Below, piece by piece: positions 46,771 through 59,242 of a DNA stretch of 64,000 nucleotides. The stretch lies in assembly GCF_032191835.1 (NCBI RefSeq), contig NC_083240.1, positions 124,001 through 188,000 on the forward strand, given 5' to 3'. Origin of the DNA: Heteronotia binoei. Lineage: Eukaryota. How positions within the stretch are numbered: the first letter of the stretch is position 1; each line of letters opens with the position of its first letter. Position numbers and translations under genes: made by a program. The notes beneath the pieces are model-generated. The model was not told the origin of the DNA. It searched no databases and worked only from the letters and a program-made list of their open reading frames with translations.

Positions 46771-48420
46771 ACTTATGGTGCAATCCAGAGCCATGCCCAC
46801 GCCCCGGCTGGTTTGCAAGCTTTTCTGCCCCTCACCTGCGTAGCTCCTTAGCAACGGGCACCCGGTGGTGAGTGGAGGCAGGGGCACTGTGACAGACTGC
46901 TGCCAGAACCAATGAGGGGCCATGTGGCATGGGGGCGGAGTCCAGTGTCCATCTCTGGCGGGGGGGGGAGCAGAGGGGGGCAGGCCATAGGGGCTGCAGG
47001 AGTTGCACTCCTTTCCAGAAGCACCTCCCCCAAACACCCACACCCACTTGCTTCAAGGGGCCAGCTCCTGCCCTAGGCACCTGAGCGTGGGGTGGGGTTT
47101 GAGCAGGAGAGGGGCCCCTCCTTGAGGGAGCAGAGGTGGGTGGGCATGGCTGCCATTTCACTCTGGGTACTGGGGTCATGCCTGTTTCAGAGCAGTTAGT
47201 GCCCAGAGACTGCCAGTCCAAATCTCTTCTGCATTCCCCATGACTTCCATCTGTGGGGATGTAGTTGTGCAGCATTGCAATGGAAATCAAGTCACCAGTA
47301 GTATGTCTGGTGGGGGAAGATATCACTGAAGAGCGGGGCCATGGAGTCAGGGGCAACCCCCCAAGCCCCACCCCTCCAAAAACATGGTGTCTGCCTGCTG
47401 CATTGGCTCTCCCCTGCCTGGCACTGACTCCATGGCCCCACCCCTTCAGTGATATCTTCCCCCGGGGACAGAAGCCCACCCCCTTCCTGGAGCAGACAGA
47501 CAGTCATGAATCTGATTCCTGCACTTCATTTATTGGTGACCTTCTCCCCACCCCTGCACTGCCTGACATCATAGAGTTGGAAGGGGCCTCCAGGGTCACC
47601 TAGTCCAGCTCCCTGCACAATGTGAGGAACTCACAAATTCTTCCCTCCCCTCCCCCAGGGAGAGCCTCAGCCCCTCTCCTCTGCTTCATGCTCCCAACCA
47701 CCCTGTGAGGTCAGTGAGGCTGAGGGGGGGGGCGCTCTCTCTGGTCAGCTTCCTCCCGTGGGGTCTCCCACCCCCCTCTGGCCACCAGCTGTAGGAGGGA
47801 GGGAGGGCAACCAAACAGACAGGGACACAGTTGTGACACAACCCAGACTCCCTTGAACTGCAAGCCATGGTGGGGCACGGCTGCTCCTTTCTCTTCCGCC
47901 CTGGGACCACCACCAAGACTCCCTGTAAGCTGTGGAGTCTTGTGAGCAAAAATTCTGCTTTGTGAGCTACTGGCAGGAAAGTGGTGACCTCCTGCATCAA
48001 ATAGTTTCCTCTGGGGCCACTTCTCCTGAGCTACGACAAAAATGTGTGAGCTGGAGGCTAAAAAAGCCTGAGCTAGCTCACGCCAACTCAGCTTAGAGGG
48101 AAGAGTGAGCCCAGCCCCCTCCATGGCATGCCCTGACGCCTGCTGAGCGCACTCCACCTGCATCTCCCACCACCAGGGCCTCACCGCCTGTTCTCAGCCC
48201 GCCTGGCAGGCAGCTCCAACACAGAGCCCTGGGTCACTCACTCCAACCACAGAGCTGGAAGATTTCCTGGCTGAAGTTTATGTGTGCTGGGGAGGGGCTT
48301 GGTTGCCCCAAGGAGGGAGGTGATTGGCTGCAGTCAGTTCCTCTGAGTGAGGGGGTGTGCAGAGAGACTTGGAGTTCAGGCTCAGTAGGTGTTTATGGCT
48401 GGTGTAACTCAGGCGGAAAG

Positions 48421-48658
48421 AAAAAGAAGAGGAGGAGATTGGATTTATATCCTGCCCATCACTCAGAGGGGCTTGCAGTCTCCTTCCCTTTCTCTCCCCA
48501 GAACAGACACCCTGGGAGGCAGGTGGGGCTGAGAGAGCTCGGAGAGAACCGGGACTGCCCCAAGGTTACACCAGCAGCTGCATGTGGAGGAGGAGGGAAT
48601 CAAACCTGGTTCTCCCAGATTAGAGTTTGTACTCTTAACCATTAGAACAAACTGGCTC
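48421..48658 (-). mobile_element. Squam3-like SINE (diverged, shorter variant)
   Basis: Purine tail, ggatttatatcctgccc, cagacaccctg...gtggggctgagagagctc, gggaatcaaacctggttctcccagat. Confidence 0.75.
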
Positions 48659-49179
48659 AGGGGGCCAACTAACTCTAGCCATGCCCCCCAAACACCCCAC
48701 AGCCATGCTGGCACAGGGGCCAATGCCTCACTTGCACCATTGGGAGGGTGGGGGGCTGCCCCCCCCCCAGTCTCCAGCTGCCAGTGCCCACGAGTGACAG
48801 AGTAGCGCTGGGGCCCTGTGCCCTCGTCACCGGCCCTTATGCAGGCAGGCATATCTTGGGCAGTGGGCTATCCAGAGGGCAGTGGGCTCCCGAGTGCTTT
48901 CAGCCCCCCCCCCAGATTGCTGTGCCCACGTCATCTGCAAACTGAGCCACTTTACTGCTTACCCCCAACATCGAATCATTAAAGAACATGTTAAAAAGCC
49001 CCTGAGCATCCCTGAGCCCTGCAGCCCGCCCCCCACTGCTGACCACCCTCCGCTGGGAAAACTAACCCTTTCCCCTGCCTCTCTGTTTCCTGTCCATCAA
49101 CCAGTTGTTAACTTGTCCTCTCACATCTTGACTGCTGAGGGTACCAAGGAGCCTTCAGTGAGGAACTTGATCAAAAGCT

Positions 49180-49995
49180 GTCTAGAAATCTAGGTAAAGA
49201 CTGTGTCTTGGATCCCCCTTGGCCACGTGCTTGTTCACCCCCTCAACCAGGTCAGTGAGAGAAGATCTTTCTTTGCAGAACCCCTGATGAGTCTTCCTCA
49301 ATAGCTTTGGTTCATCAATGGGCCTACTAATTCTATCTTTAATAACGAATTCCACCACTTTACCCCAAATTGGCTTGAGACTGACTGTCCTGTAGTTTCT
49401 CTGCTCTCCACTGGAACCTTTTTTAAAGATGGGGGTTAAATTCGCTGTCTTCCAGTCCTTTGGGGTGGAGGCGAGATGTTGTGATAGTTTTGTCAGGAGA
49501 TCCACACGTTCACCTGTGAGTTGATGATGATGGTGATGAGGATATATCCCGCCCTCCACTCCAAATCTCAGAGTGGCTCACAATCTCCTTTATCTTCCTC
49601 CCCCACAACAGACACCCTGTGAAGTGGCTGGGGCTGAGAGAGCTCAAGGACAACCTCTGCTGAGCCAAAGCCATTGTAGCAGGTGCAAGTGGAGGAGTGG
49701 GGAATCAACCCCGGTTCTCCCAGATAAGAGTCCGTGCACTTAACTACTACATCCAACTGGCTCTTTCAGAACTCTTGGAGGTGTGCTATCTGGGCCTGGT
49801 GATTGGTCAGTTTTTAATTTGCCCATCAGTCATAGCCCCCCCTCTCTCATCACTTCAATCTGACTCAGGTCTTTTAATGCCCCTTCTGAAATCCCTGCTT
49901 CTGGAGTGGGCAAGCACCCCCCCTCCTCCACAGTGAAGAAGGAGGCAAAAAAGGCATTCAGCTTCTCTGCCATTTCCCTACCCTCCTTCTTTATA
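49180..49995 (-). mobile_element. CR1 LINE RT fragment, interrupted by a SINE
   Basis: DWKTANLTPIFKKGS...NYRTVSLKPIWGKVVE and AEKLNAFFASFFT; frameshifted. Confidence 0.75.
49525..49762 (-). mobile_element. Squam3-like SINE interrupting a CR1 fragment
   Basis: (gat)n tail, atatcccgccctccactcc, then head ending taactactacatccaactggctct. Confidence 0.75.
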
Positions 49996-51261
49996 GAATC
50001 ATAGAACTTGTCCAACCCCCTGCACAACACAGGAAACTCCTAAAGCACCTCTCCCCGAGTTCCCAGTGCCTGGGCTAAACGGCCACCCCTTTGGGCTTGT
50101 GCAGTTGCCTTCACCCAGCACATCTTTCAATACCCACCCCTTTTAAGCCCTGGGTTTTGGGGGGGATGTGGTGTGTGGTGCAGTGTTGTGGTGCTGTGGG
50201 TCCAGCATTGTGTGACTTGTGCAGTGCTCCCTTCTTTGTGCAGCAGCATGAATCAGGGAGGGGGGCTGCTGGATCTTGCTGTTCTGGGTGGGGACTGAGC
50301 CTTGGGCCTGCCATGAGGGGAGTGGCCTGGCATGGTGCAGCAGGGGCTGCCAGGCGGGATGGGGGATGGGCGATGCCCATGAGTGAGCCAGGCGGGGGCC
50401 TCCTGCAGAGCCTTTCTTCATGCAGCCCCTTCTCGCAGCCTGGGCTGGCCTCGTGGCGCCAGTTAGTGGGTTGGTGAGGCAGGGGTGCCCTTTGGGTTGC
50501 TGGACCATCTCAGGGCTGTGCTTCCTTCCTTCCTCCCCTCCCACCACAGCAAGCCACCTGACCTAGCAGCACTGGGGTGCCCCCCCCCCAGCACGCGAAG
50601 AGAAGACGCTGCCGGAGGATGGAGGATGGCGCTGCGGAGGCCTTTTGGGGCCCTACCCTGTGCTGCTTCCTGGCTGTCCTGCCACTTGGGGATGGGGGGC
50701 CTCTCCTGAAGGAGGGGGTCTCTCTGGCTCCTGAGGCCACTGGGTCTGGGCTCCCCCTCCCCCGCTTTGTGCTCTGCTTTTGCCCAAGGCCAGCCTTTCA
50801 GTCCTGTCACTGAGCTGCCCCAGGTTTCTTCCATCTCAGCTGTGAGGCAGGGCCAGAAGTCGGAGGGGCTGCATGTTGCGCGGGGGGGGGATTCCTGCAT
50901 GTCCTGGTTCCTGTGGTCAGAGCACCCCTGGCTTCTCCCCTCCCCGAGAGAGAACTGCTTTCTGCTGCAGCCACAGTTGCCGCCACCCCCACCCCTCCTG
51001 TCGCATGTCATGGGAGTCCCGGAGGTGGGGACGCGGGAGCAGCAAAACAGTGAAGCCATTCTTAAATAAATGAATAAATAAATACATAAAGGTTGTGTGT
51101 GTGTGAGTAAAGTGAAGCAGCAGTGCCGTCCACCGCCAGCAGCAGAAGAGGGGAAGGAGGTGGGGGGGGGCACAGAAACCTCCAGAGCACAGCTGGGAGT
51201 TTCCTCCCCCTTCTGCTGGGGGGGCGGGCTTAGAAGCAGGGCGCTCTGGCAACAGGGGAGA

Positions 51262-51730
51262 AGGAGGAGGAGAAGAAGAAGATACTGGATTTGGATCCCA
51301 CCCTGTGCTCCGAATCTCAGAGTGGCTCACGATCTCCTTTCCCTTCCCCCCCACCCCAACAGACGCCCTGTGCAGTGAGTGGGGCTGAGAGAGCTTTTAC
51401 AGCAGCTCCCTTCCTAGGACAACCTCTGCCAGAGCTATGGCTGGCCCAAGACCACTCCAGCAGCTGCAAGTGGAAGAGGGGGTAATCAAACCTGGTTCTC
51501 CCAGATAAGAGTCCGCTCACTTAACCACTATGGCTGACCCAAGGCCATTCCACCAGCTGCAAGTGAAGGAGTGGGGAATCAAACCCGGGTCTCCCAGATA
51601 AGAGTCCGCTCACTTCACCACTATGGCTGTCCCAAGGCCATTCCATCAGCTGCAAGTGGAGGAGGGGGTAATCAAATCCGGTTCTCCCAGATAAGAGTCC
51701 CAGCACTTAACCCCTACACCCAATTGGCTC
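51262..51730 (-). mobile_element. Squam3-like SINE with a triplicated 93-bp head
   Basis: Head units start at 51435, 51528 and 51621, with the same junction (ccacta|tggctg) as the 6148 array. Confidence 0.8.
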
Positions 51731-52614
51731 TTGAGATACAGAGGGGTAGGTCAGGCCGCGGGCGGGCGGGCGAGGGGTGCAGGCGGTTGGGCTGAAGGTG
51801 GGCCGGGAGGGAGGGAGGGAAGAGGGTCCCGCCTGCGCGGAGTCCCCCCCCCCGCCCCCCACCTAGGGGGGCTGGATGGAGCCAAGGGGCGCCACTAGAG
51901 GCCGCTGCGGAGAGAAGGCGGCCCCTGCCTGCAGGGCCCAAGAGGGCCAGCGCGTTTTGGCTCCCCCCCGGCCCAGCCCCATCCCCAGCAGAGTCTTCAG
52001 GGAGGGAAGCAAGCGGCTGCCAGCAGCCAGCGAAGACAGGCGGGCGGAACCGGATCCGCTTCCCGTTCACTAGAAGGCGCTACTGCCCTTGCAAGCCGCC
52101 CGCCGGGACCGGACTCTGCCCTCCTCCCCCCCCCCCCCGCGGCAAGGCTGACGGCAGAAGCGCAGCAGCGACGGGGCGCCCGGGCCAGGCGAGGGAGGGG
52201 GGAGGAGAGCCGGCCTGCCCGGCAGCTCCGGCCCTCGGGACGTGCTCAGAGGCGCAGCTGTGGCTTGGGGCGAGGCGGCTTCTCCCGGGTGGGGGGGGGA
52301 GGCGGCGGCGGCAGGGAGGGCTGGAACGCGCGGTCCACCTGCAGCCCCCCTGTGACGACCCACCGACTCCTCGTGGAAGGAGGTGAACGGGAGGGGGGTG
52401 GCCATTGCTTGCCTCTGGACGGTAGCCCTGGAGTTCCTCGGTGGTCTCCCCTCCAAATACTGAGCGGGCAGACCGTGCTGAGCCTCCCCCCACCCCGGAC
52501 AGGGCAGCCAGTTGCCCCTCCCTCGACTCTTTCCGTTTTGGCTGCTACAGCCTTTTCCCTGGCTGCTCTCCCATTCACAGGCACTAGGGGGCAGTGGAGC
52601 CCTGTATCTGTATG

Positions 52615-52800
52615 GAAGGGAGGGAAGAACGGAGGAAAGGGAGGAGGGAGGAAAGAAGGAAGGGAGAGAGGGGAAGGGAGGGAGGGAAAGGGAAGGGAGG
52701 GATGAACGGAAGAAGGGAAGGACGGAGGAAAGAAGGGAGGGAGAGAGGAAGGGGACGGGAGGGAGGGAGGAAAGAAGGAAGTGAGGGAGGAAGGAAGGAG
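52615..52800. repeat. (GGAA/GGGA)n purine tract running into an assembly gap (N 52801-53038)
   Basis: Direct inspection. Confidence 0.85.
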
Positions 52801-54649
52801 NNNNNNNNNNNNNNNNNNNNNNNNNNNNNNNNNNNNNNNNNNNNNNNNNNNNNNNNNNNNNNNNNNNNNNNNNNNNNNNNNNNNNNNNNNNNNNNNNNNN
52901 NNNNNNNNNNNNNNNNNNNNNNNNNNNNNNNNNNNNNNNNNNNNNNNNNNNNNNNNNNNNNNNNNNNNNNNNNNNNNNNNNNNNNNNNNNNNNNNNNNNN
53001 NNNNNNNNNNNNNNNNNNAGGTCCCTCCCTCCCCTCTGCCCAGCTCGGAGGGGAGCTCCCTCCTCCGCTCCCCCCCTCCAGGCGGCGCCCCCTTCTTCTC
53101 GGAGCGGGATCTGGCCGGGGCGGTACTGTTGGAAGCAGGACTGGCCCTGTTTCCTTGGGAGAGGCGCCTGCTAGGCCGGCACCGGCCACGCAGGAGGGGG
53201 TCCCCCAGGGCTGCAGCCTGCAGCAGAAAGCTGGGCCCATGAGCCCCCCCCCCCCCGCCCCTCCTGAAGGCTGCAGGCAGACTGCTGTCCCGCAGGACTC
53301 CTGGGCTGCCGGGAGCGAAGGGAGCCAGGCATAGCGGGGTGAGCCAGAGAGGGAAGGCAGCCGGGGCTCCCCCCCACGCCGCCCTCGGCCTCTTCTGCTT
53401 GGGGAGGGCTCGGCCGGCCCTGGGGTGCTGCGGGGGGGAGGAGGTCCCTGGGCAGGGAAGCCGCCCGCTCCACTTGGCCCCGCTGCCACCAGCGGGCAGC
53501 AGGGGGCGCCCGCCCACCCCTCTCCCCTCGCGCCAGCCAGCTCAGCAAGTCGCCCGAGGTTCCGCCGGCCCCCCCTCCGGCCGCCCATTCAGGCCCCAAA
53601 GCCCCCGCGCGCCTTTGCCCCCAGCCTCCCTCTCCCGCCCCGCGGAGGCTCCGGCCGCTCAGCTGCAGGGGGGAGGGGGGACGCAGCGGCGCCCGGCCCA
53701 CAGCCCTCCCCCCGCCGGGCATAGGAGGGGGTGAAGAGGCGGTGGCCTCCATCCACGCCCGGCCGCGGAATGTGGCCGCATTCCTTCCTTGGCCGCCTGG
53801 CGGGCGGGCGGGCAGCAGGCGGGGCTTGGCTCTCTCCCGGCCGGCCCTCTCCTACTCCAGCCCCGCCCGCCTTCCCTGCAGCGCAAAGCGGCCTTCCGCG
53901 CTGCTGCTGGCGGGTCTAGCTCCGTCGCCTCGCCCGCCCGCCCGCCGGGCCTGGGAGGGGACCCGCCAAGGGAGAAACCCCCACCCCACCCCTCCTCGGC
54001 TTGGCTTCCGCGGGACTGGCCGGGAGGAGGCCGCCTCTCTCGCCCTTCGGTCGCAAGAAACAGCCTTCTAACCTCCCCACCCAGTTGCCCCCTGCCCCCC
54101 CTCCCGCTGGAGAAGCGCTGCCGGGAGCACTCAGCCCCTGCACCCCGGGCACCTTCTGACGACCTCGCCGCCCTGGCCGGCCTGTCTTTCTTTCCCCCGG
54201 GCGCAGCAAGGCGGCTCCCGCCCCGGCCTTTCCTTCCAGCGGGAGAGCGCCAGCGGAGGGCAGGGCCATGGGGGGGGGCTCAAGGGGATCCCCTCCCATA
54301 TTTCGTGAAGGCGGCCAGGCGGAGTGGCAGCACTTGAGCCCCCCTCACCCCTCTCCCACGCGCGCGCGCAGCGAGGAGCCTGTCGGTTGGGGCTCAGACG
54401 TACTTGTGGGCTTCGCGATCCGAGACCGCCCGCCCGGCTCCCGGGTGGTTCAGTCAGCCCTTCCTAGATGTCCGCGGCCAGATCCCTGCTCAGAGCCAGG
54501 AGAAGGGAAGGCGGGTCCCGCTCGGCTGGCCCCACCCGGTGGCCAAGTGGCTGAAGGGGCCCAGGGAAGGGAGAGCAAGAATTTGTCCCGGGGGGACCTC
54601 GAAGTCTCCCCCCCTCCCAGGACCCCCCCCCCCACACACACACAGACAA

Positions 54650-55610
54650 CCCTGTTGGGACCTGGTTTGTTCAACGTCTTTATCAATGATCTGGATGAAG
54701 GGAGAGAGGGAATGCTTCTTCAGTTTGCAGATGATACCACATTGGGAGGGGTTGCAAACACAGAAGGATCCGGGATGACCTTGACTGGCTGGAAAACTGG
54801 GCTAACACCAATAAAATGAATTTTAACAGGGAGAAATATAGTTCTGCATTTAGGTAGGAAAAATCCAATGCATGGCAATAGGATGGGGGAGACTTATCTT
54901 AGCAGTAGTATGTGCGAAAAAGATCTCGGGGTCTTAGTGGACCATACGCTGAACACGAGTCAACAGTGTGATGCGGTGGCTAAAAAGGCATGCAATTTTG
55001 GGCTGTATCAACGGTAGTCTCGTATCCAGATCAGGTGAAGTATGGTATCGCTTTGCTCTGCTGTGGGAAGGCCTCATCTGGAGTATTGTGTTCAGTTTTG
55101 GGCACCACATTTTAACAAGGATCTAGACAAGCTGGAAGGGGTCCAGAGGAGGGCGACGACGATGGTGAGGGGTCTGGAGACCAAGTGCTATAAGGGAAGG
55201 TTGAAGGAGCTGGGCCTGTTTACCCTGGAGAGGAGGCGGCTGAGAGGTGATAGGATTACCATTTTCAAGTACTTGAAGGGCTGTCATATAGAGGATGGTG
55301 TGGAATTGTTTGCTGTGGCCCCGGAAGGTAGGACCAGAACCAAAGGGTTGAAATTAAATCAGAAGACTTTCCAGCTCAACATTAGGAAGACTTCCAGACA
55401 GAGCGGTTTTTCAGTGAAACAGGCTTCCTCTTGGGGAGGTGGTGGGCTCTCTTCCTTGAAGGTTTTTAAACAGAGGCTAGGTGGCCATCTGACAGCAATG
55501 AAGATCCTGTGAATGTAGGGGGAGGCACCTGCGAGTTTCCTGCATTGTGCAGGGGTTGGACTAGATGACCCTGGAGGTCCCTTCCAACTCTATCATTGTA
55601 GGATTCTATA
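54650..55610 (+). mobile_element. CR1 LINE 3' fragment
   Basis: LGPGLFNVFINDLDEG...FADDT, RPHLEYCVQFWAPH, LERRRLRGD, and the classic 3' end ggactagatgaccctggaggtcccttccaactctat. Confidence 0.85.
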
Positions 55611-56934
55611 GCCCCGCCAATAACCCTTTACACTTCCTCCCCCCAGTTGATCACGGGGCGGCGGGGGCGAGGACTTGCATTTTGGCCTTGCGCTGGAGAT
55701 GAAAGGCCGCCCCGTGCAGGGGAGGGGGGGAGGGGCAGCCTTTGCGTGTGAAAGGGGTCGGGAGGCAGCCCCTTCCCACAGTCACTCCTTTTGACCGCTT
55801 CCGGAGCGAGCCAAGTGGACCCTTCCCTTGGGGGCCAGCTGCTCAGAAGGGCGCTGGATGGCTTTACAAGGGGACGGGAGGGGGGGGGCAATTCCTTTAA
55901 AGACAGCCCAGCTGCTCAGACACTGCGCTCCCTCGCAAAGGGTCGTCAGGAGGAGGCCTGCTGCTCTGAATAGCCCCTCCCCCCGCGATCCAGCCAGAAC
56001 CGGGGGGGTGGGGTCCTCTGCCAGGAGCAGAACCGGGCCTCTGCGCTCTCGGGGGGGGGGGGGGGGCAGACCTTGCATACTCTCCCTCTCTGGGTCCCTA
56101 GCACTGTGGCTGCCCCAAGGGGGGTAGGGTAGGGTGCAGGGGGCGGGTCCTGAAGCAAGCCCCACCCCACTCCCCCCCCCCAGGAACCATCGCTGCCCCC
56201 CGCCCCGCCCAAACTGCGTCCCCGTGCTTAGCTGGAGTTGCCCCTTTGCATGGGCGGATCTCCAGGGATGCCCCCCCGCCCCCTCGCAGGCAGCTCCCAG
56301 CAGCAGGGAAGCGCCGGAGAGCTCCGGGCCCTGCCAGCCCCGGCGAGAGACTCTTCCCCACCTCCGCCGCCCGCCAGACGCACCAAAGGTGCCAAGAGCC
56401 GAGGCAGCCCGTCTGCCGGAGGTCGGGGGAGGCCCGCTCCTCGAAGCCCCTTCCGTGCCTCCCCGCCCTGAGCACCCGCAGCCGGAAGGGGATGGGGGGG
56501 ACGCGAGGGAGCCGGGAAATCCCCCCCAGAAGATGCGTCTCTGCCTCTGCCCGCGACTCCGCGGTATTTCTCCGGCCCCCCCCACCCCGGGTCTTGCCAA
56601 AGGAGCGGGTCTCTGGCAGGACTCCCCGGGCCGGCTGTCTAGGGCCACGGCTGCTCTCGAGCCAGGAGGAGATTCGAGGGGCAAGGAACCCTCGCCCTCC
56701 CCACCCCCCCCTCCCCTGAGTCCTCTTGCGGCCCCTTTGGAAGCCCCCCCCCAGCTCCTTCCTCTTCTCAAACGAAAGCCCCCCCCCCCCCCGCCTGGCG
56801 CCCCGGCCTCTCCGCGCCCCGCGCAACAGGCAGCGAAGGGAGCGGGCAGAAGAAGATGAGCCACGCAGGCTGGAGACAGGCGGCCCAGGCCCTCCCCCAC
56901 CCCCTGCCGCCGCCGCTGCCGCGAGATCTCCCTG

Positions 56935-56935
56935 G

Positions 56936-56966
<31 letters not shown>

Positions 56967-56992
56967 TCCTTCCTTCCTTCCTTCCTTCCTTC
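56935..56992. repeat. Compound (CTGC)n(CTTC)n microsatellite
   Basis: Direct inspection. Confidence 0.8.
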
Positions 56993-59089
56993 CGCGGGGC
57001 TGCTGCACTGGAGAAGGTTGGGACCGTCGGTGACACGGCCTCTGCTCCCCCCCACCCCGCGCCAGCAAAACTCTCCCGCCCGATAGGCGAGCCGCGTGGG
57101 CCCTTGGTGAGGAGGGGCAGCGCCCGGCAGGCTCCGCTGGGGGGGGGGGGGACCGATCCCAGACTGTTGCCTTGGCTGCCCTCCAAGCATACCCGGCCGG
57201 AGCTAGGGGGGGGGCGGTCTGTCCAAACTGCAGCGCCTCTTGCAAAGGGGACTTCCCCCCACATGCCATGGCGAGAGACCCTCTTCTTTGGGGGGTCCAT
57301 GGGGGGTGGAAGGGGGCCGCCGGGGCAGCAGTTGCACTGCGGAGGGAGGGACGGTCCAGCCCTGGCAAGGAACCTGCCCAGCGGGGCTCCAGTCGGTGTC
57401 TCCGCCCAGCGAAGCGCCAGCGAGCTCTGATGGCGGGAAGGAAGGCAGAGGAACGTCTCCGAATCAGAGAATCCTCCAGTGGGAACGTGGCACCTCCGCG
57501 GTCATCTAGTCCAACCCCCTGCACCTTGCAAGGACGTCACGAATACCTCCCCCGCTCCCCGAGATCGCAGAATCAGCATCGCTGTCTTGCGGGAGGGGGG
57601 CCGGGGGGGCAGCATCAGGAAACCCTCCAGGTGGAGGCGGGGGGGAGGCTGACTCCTTGGCTTCCGGGGCTCCCTGAGGCTGGCTGGGCCTCTATCCGGA
57701 AGGAAGGGAACAAGAGGCATAAGATGCTTTGGGTGGAGACAAGCGCTCCCAGATGGGGGAGGGCGAGTCACCGGGCCCCAGGTCTGCGCATTGCAGAGAC
57801 TACATGTCCGCAAGCAGGGACTTGCAGGCCGTGGCTCCTTCCGAGAAAGAGGAGTCACCAGGCGCCTCCCAGCAAGGCAGCTCGCTCGGGTGGTGCTCAG
57901 GCTCAGCTCTTCTGCGAAAGCACGAAGCCCGCCCGCGGAGCGGAAGACGCGCAGGGCCTGAGCCCGCGAGGGGGGGAGGGTCTCCAGAAAGAAAGACGCG
58001 CCAGCCCCCACCCCAGCTCAGGGGTGTCTCTATGGGGGGAGGGCCGGGGGCCTTCCGGAGGATTCTGCCCCAGCAGCACAGCCCCCTTGCAGCCCATACG
58101 CGCCAGGCCAGCAGGTGGCTCAGCCCGAGGTCCCTCCAGCCCACCCCCGCCCCACCCCCCTGCACCCCTCGCCCGAGGAAGGGCTCCCGGCGCAGTCCCC
58201 CCCCAGCCCCACCCATGGCGGCTGGGGGGGGGGCGGCAGGGGTCCTCCTCGCCTCTTTAGGGGCCGCCTCCCGCCGCTGGCGCTCGAGGTGAGCGAAGGA
58301 ATCCCGGGCTGCCTTTGATGCTTCTCAGGCCGGCCTATGATGCGGGGGGGGGGGGAGATTCCTGCCTCGTGACATCAGCCGGGGGGGGGGGGGCGGTGAG
58401 AGAGCCATTCCGTGGTCTGCGGAAGCGGGGGGGGCTTCGGGCACCCCGAGGCTGGCAGGAGACATGAAACGCCCTTGGTCTTCGAGGGGCTCCGGCAGAA
58501 GGGAGGGAGGGGAAGCAGGAGGCGCCCCCCCCCCCGCCCGCTTGCCGCAGGCCCCAGGCGCTGGCGCAGGGCCCAGGAGAGGGGCGGCGGGGCGGGAGTG
58601 AAGAGTCTGAGCTGGGGGGGCTCGCGGGGGGGGGGCTGCTCAGCGGCAAACTCCCCAGGGGCCTGCAATCCCCCCCCGCAAACCGGGATCTTATTAAAGC
58701 AAACCAGAACCCCCCCCCCGGCCTCCGCCCTGCGACGCCCTTCCTCCCCCCCCCTCGGGGTGATGAATTCCCAGGCAGAAGTTTCCTGCCTGAGCTCAGC
58801 CGTGAGTAAGTGCAAGGCGGGGGGCGGGGGGGGAGGGGGCGGCTGCCCCGCCTGATGCGGGGGGGGGGGGGCTCCTCCCGGGGGCGGCCTGAATGCCCGG
58901 CGGCAGGGAGGGGAGGGGGGCGGCTGCCTCCAGCCACTGGGGCGAGGCTCAGAGTCGGGGCCGGCAGGGGGCTGCCCCCACCTCTCCCCGACGGCAGCTG
59001 CGCGAACGAGCGGGGCCCCCGAGGCGAGGCCGGCCTTTGGGCTGCGAGGGAGGAGCCGAGGCCCGGCGGGGCAGAAAGAAGGGGCCGGG

Positions 59090-59242
59090 AGGGGGCGGGG
59101 CAATGCTGGAGGGGCGGCTCCCCGGAGGCCCCCCCTCCCGAGGGGCGTGGCCGGCGTGACGTCAGGGCGGGGCATGAATGAAGTGGGCCCGAAGTTTCCC
59201 ACCGGCTCCCATTGAAGCCTCCGCGCGTGACTGGCCGGGCCG
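59090..59242 (+). promoter_or_regulatory. EPHA2 proximal promoter with perfect CRE and GC boxes
   Basis: TGACGTCA at 59157-59164 followed by GGGCGGGG, further GC boxes at ~59094 and ~59111, within a large CpG island. Confidence 0.55.

Noticed and set aside
55782-58937. 200-580-aa ORFs in the CpG island upstream of EPHA2
   Set aside because: Arg/Gly/Pro-rich frames open on both strands with no domain signature; typical CpG-island artefacts.
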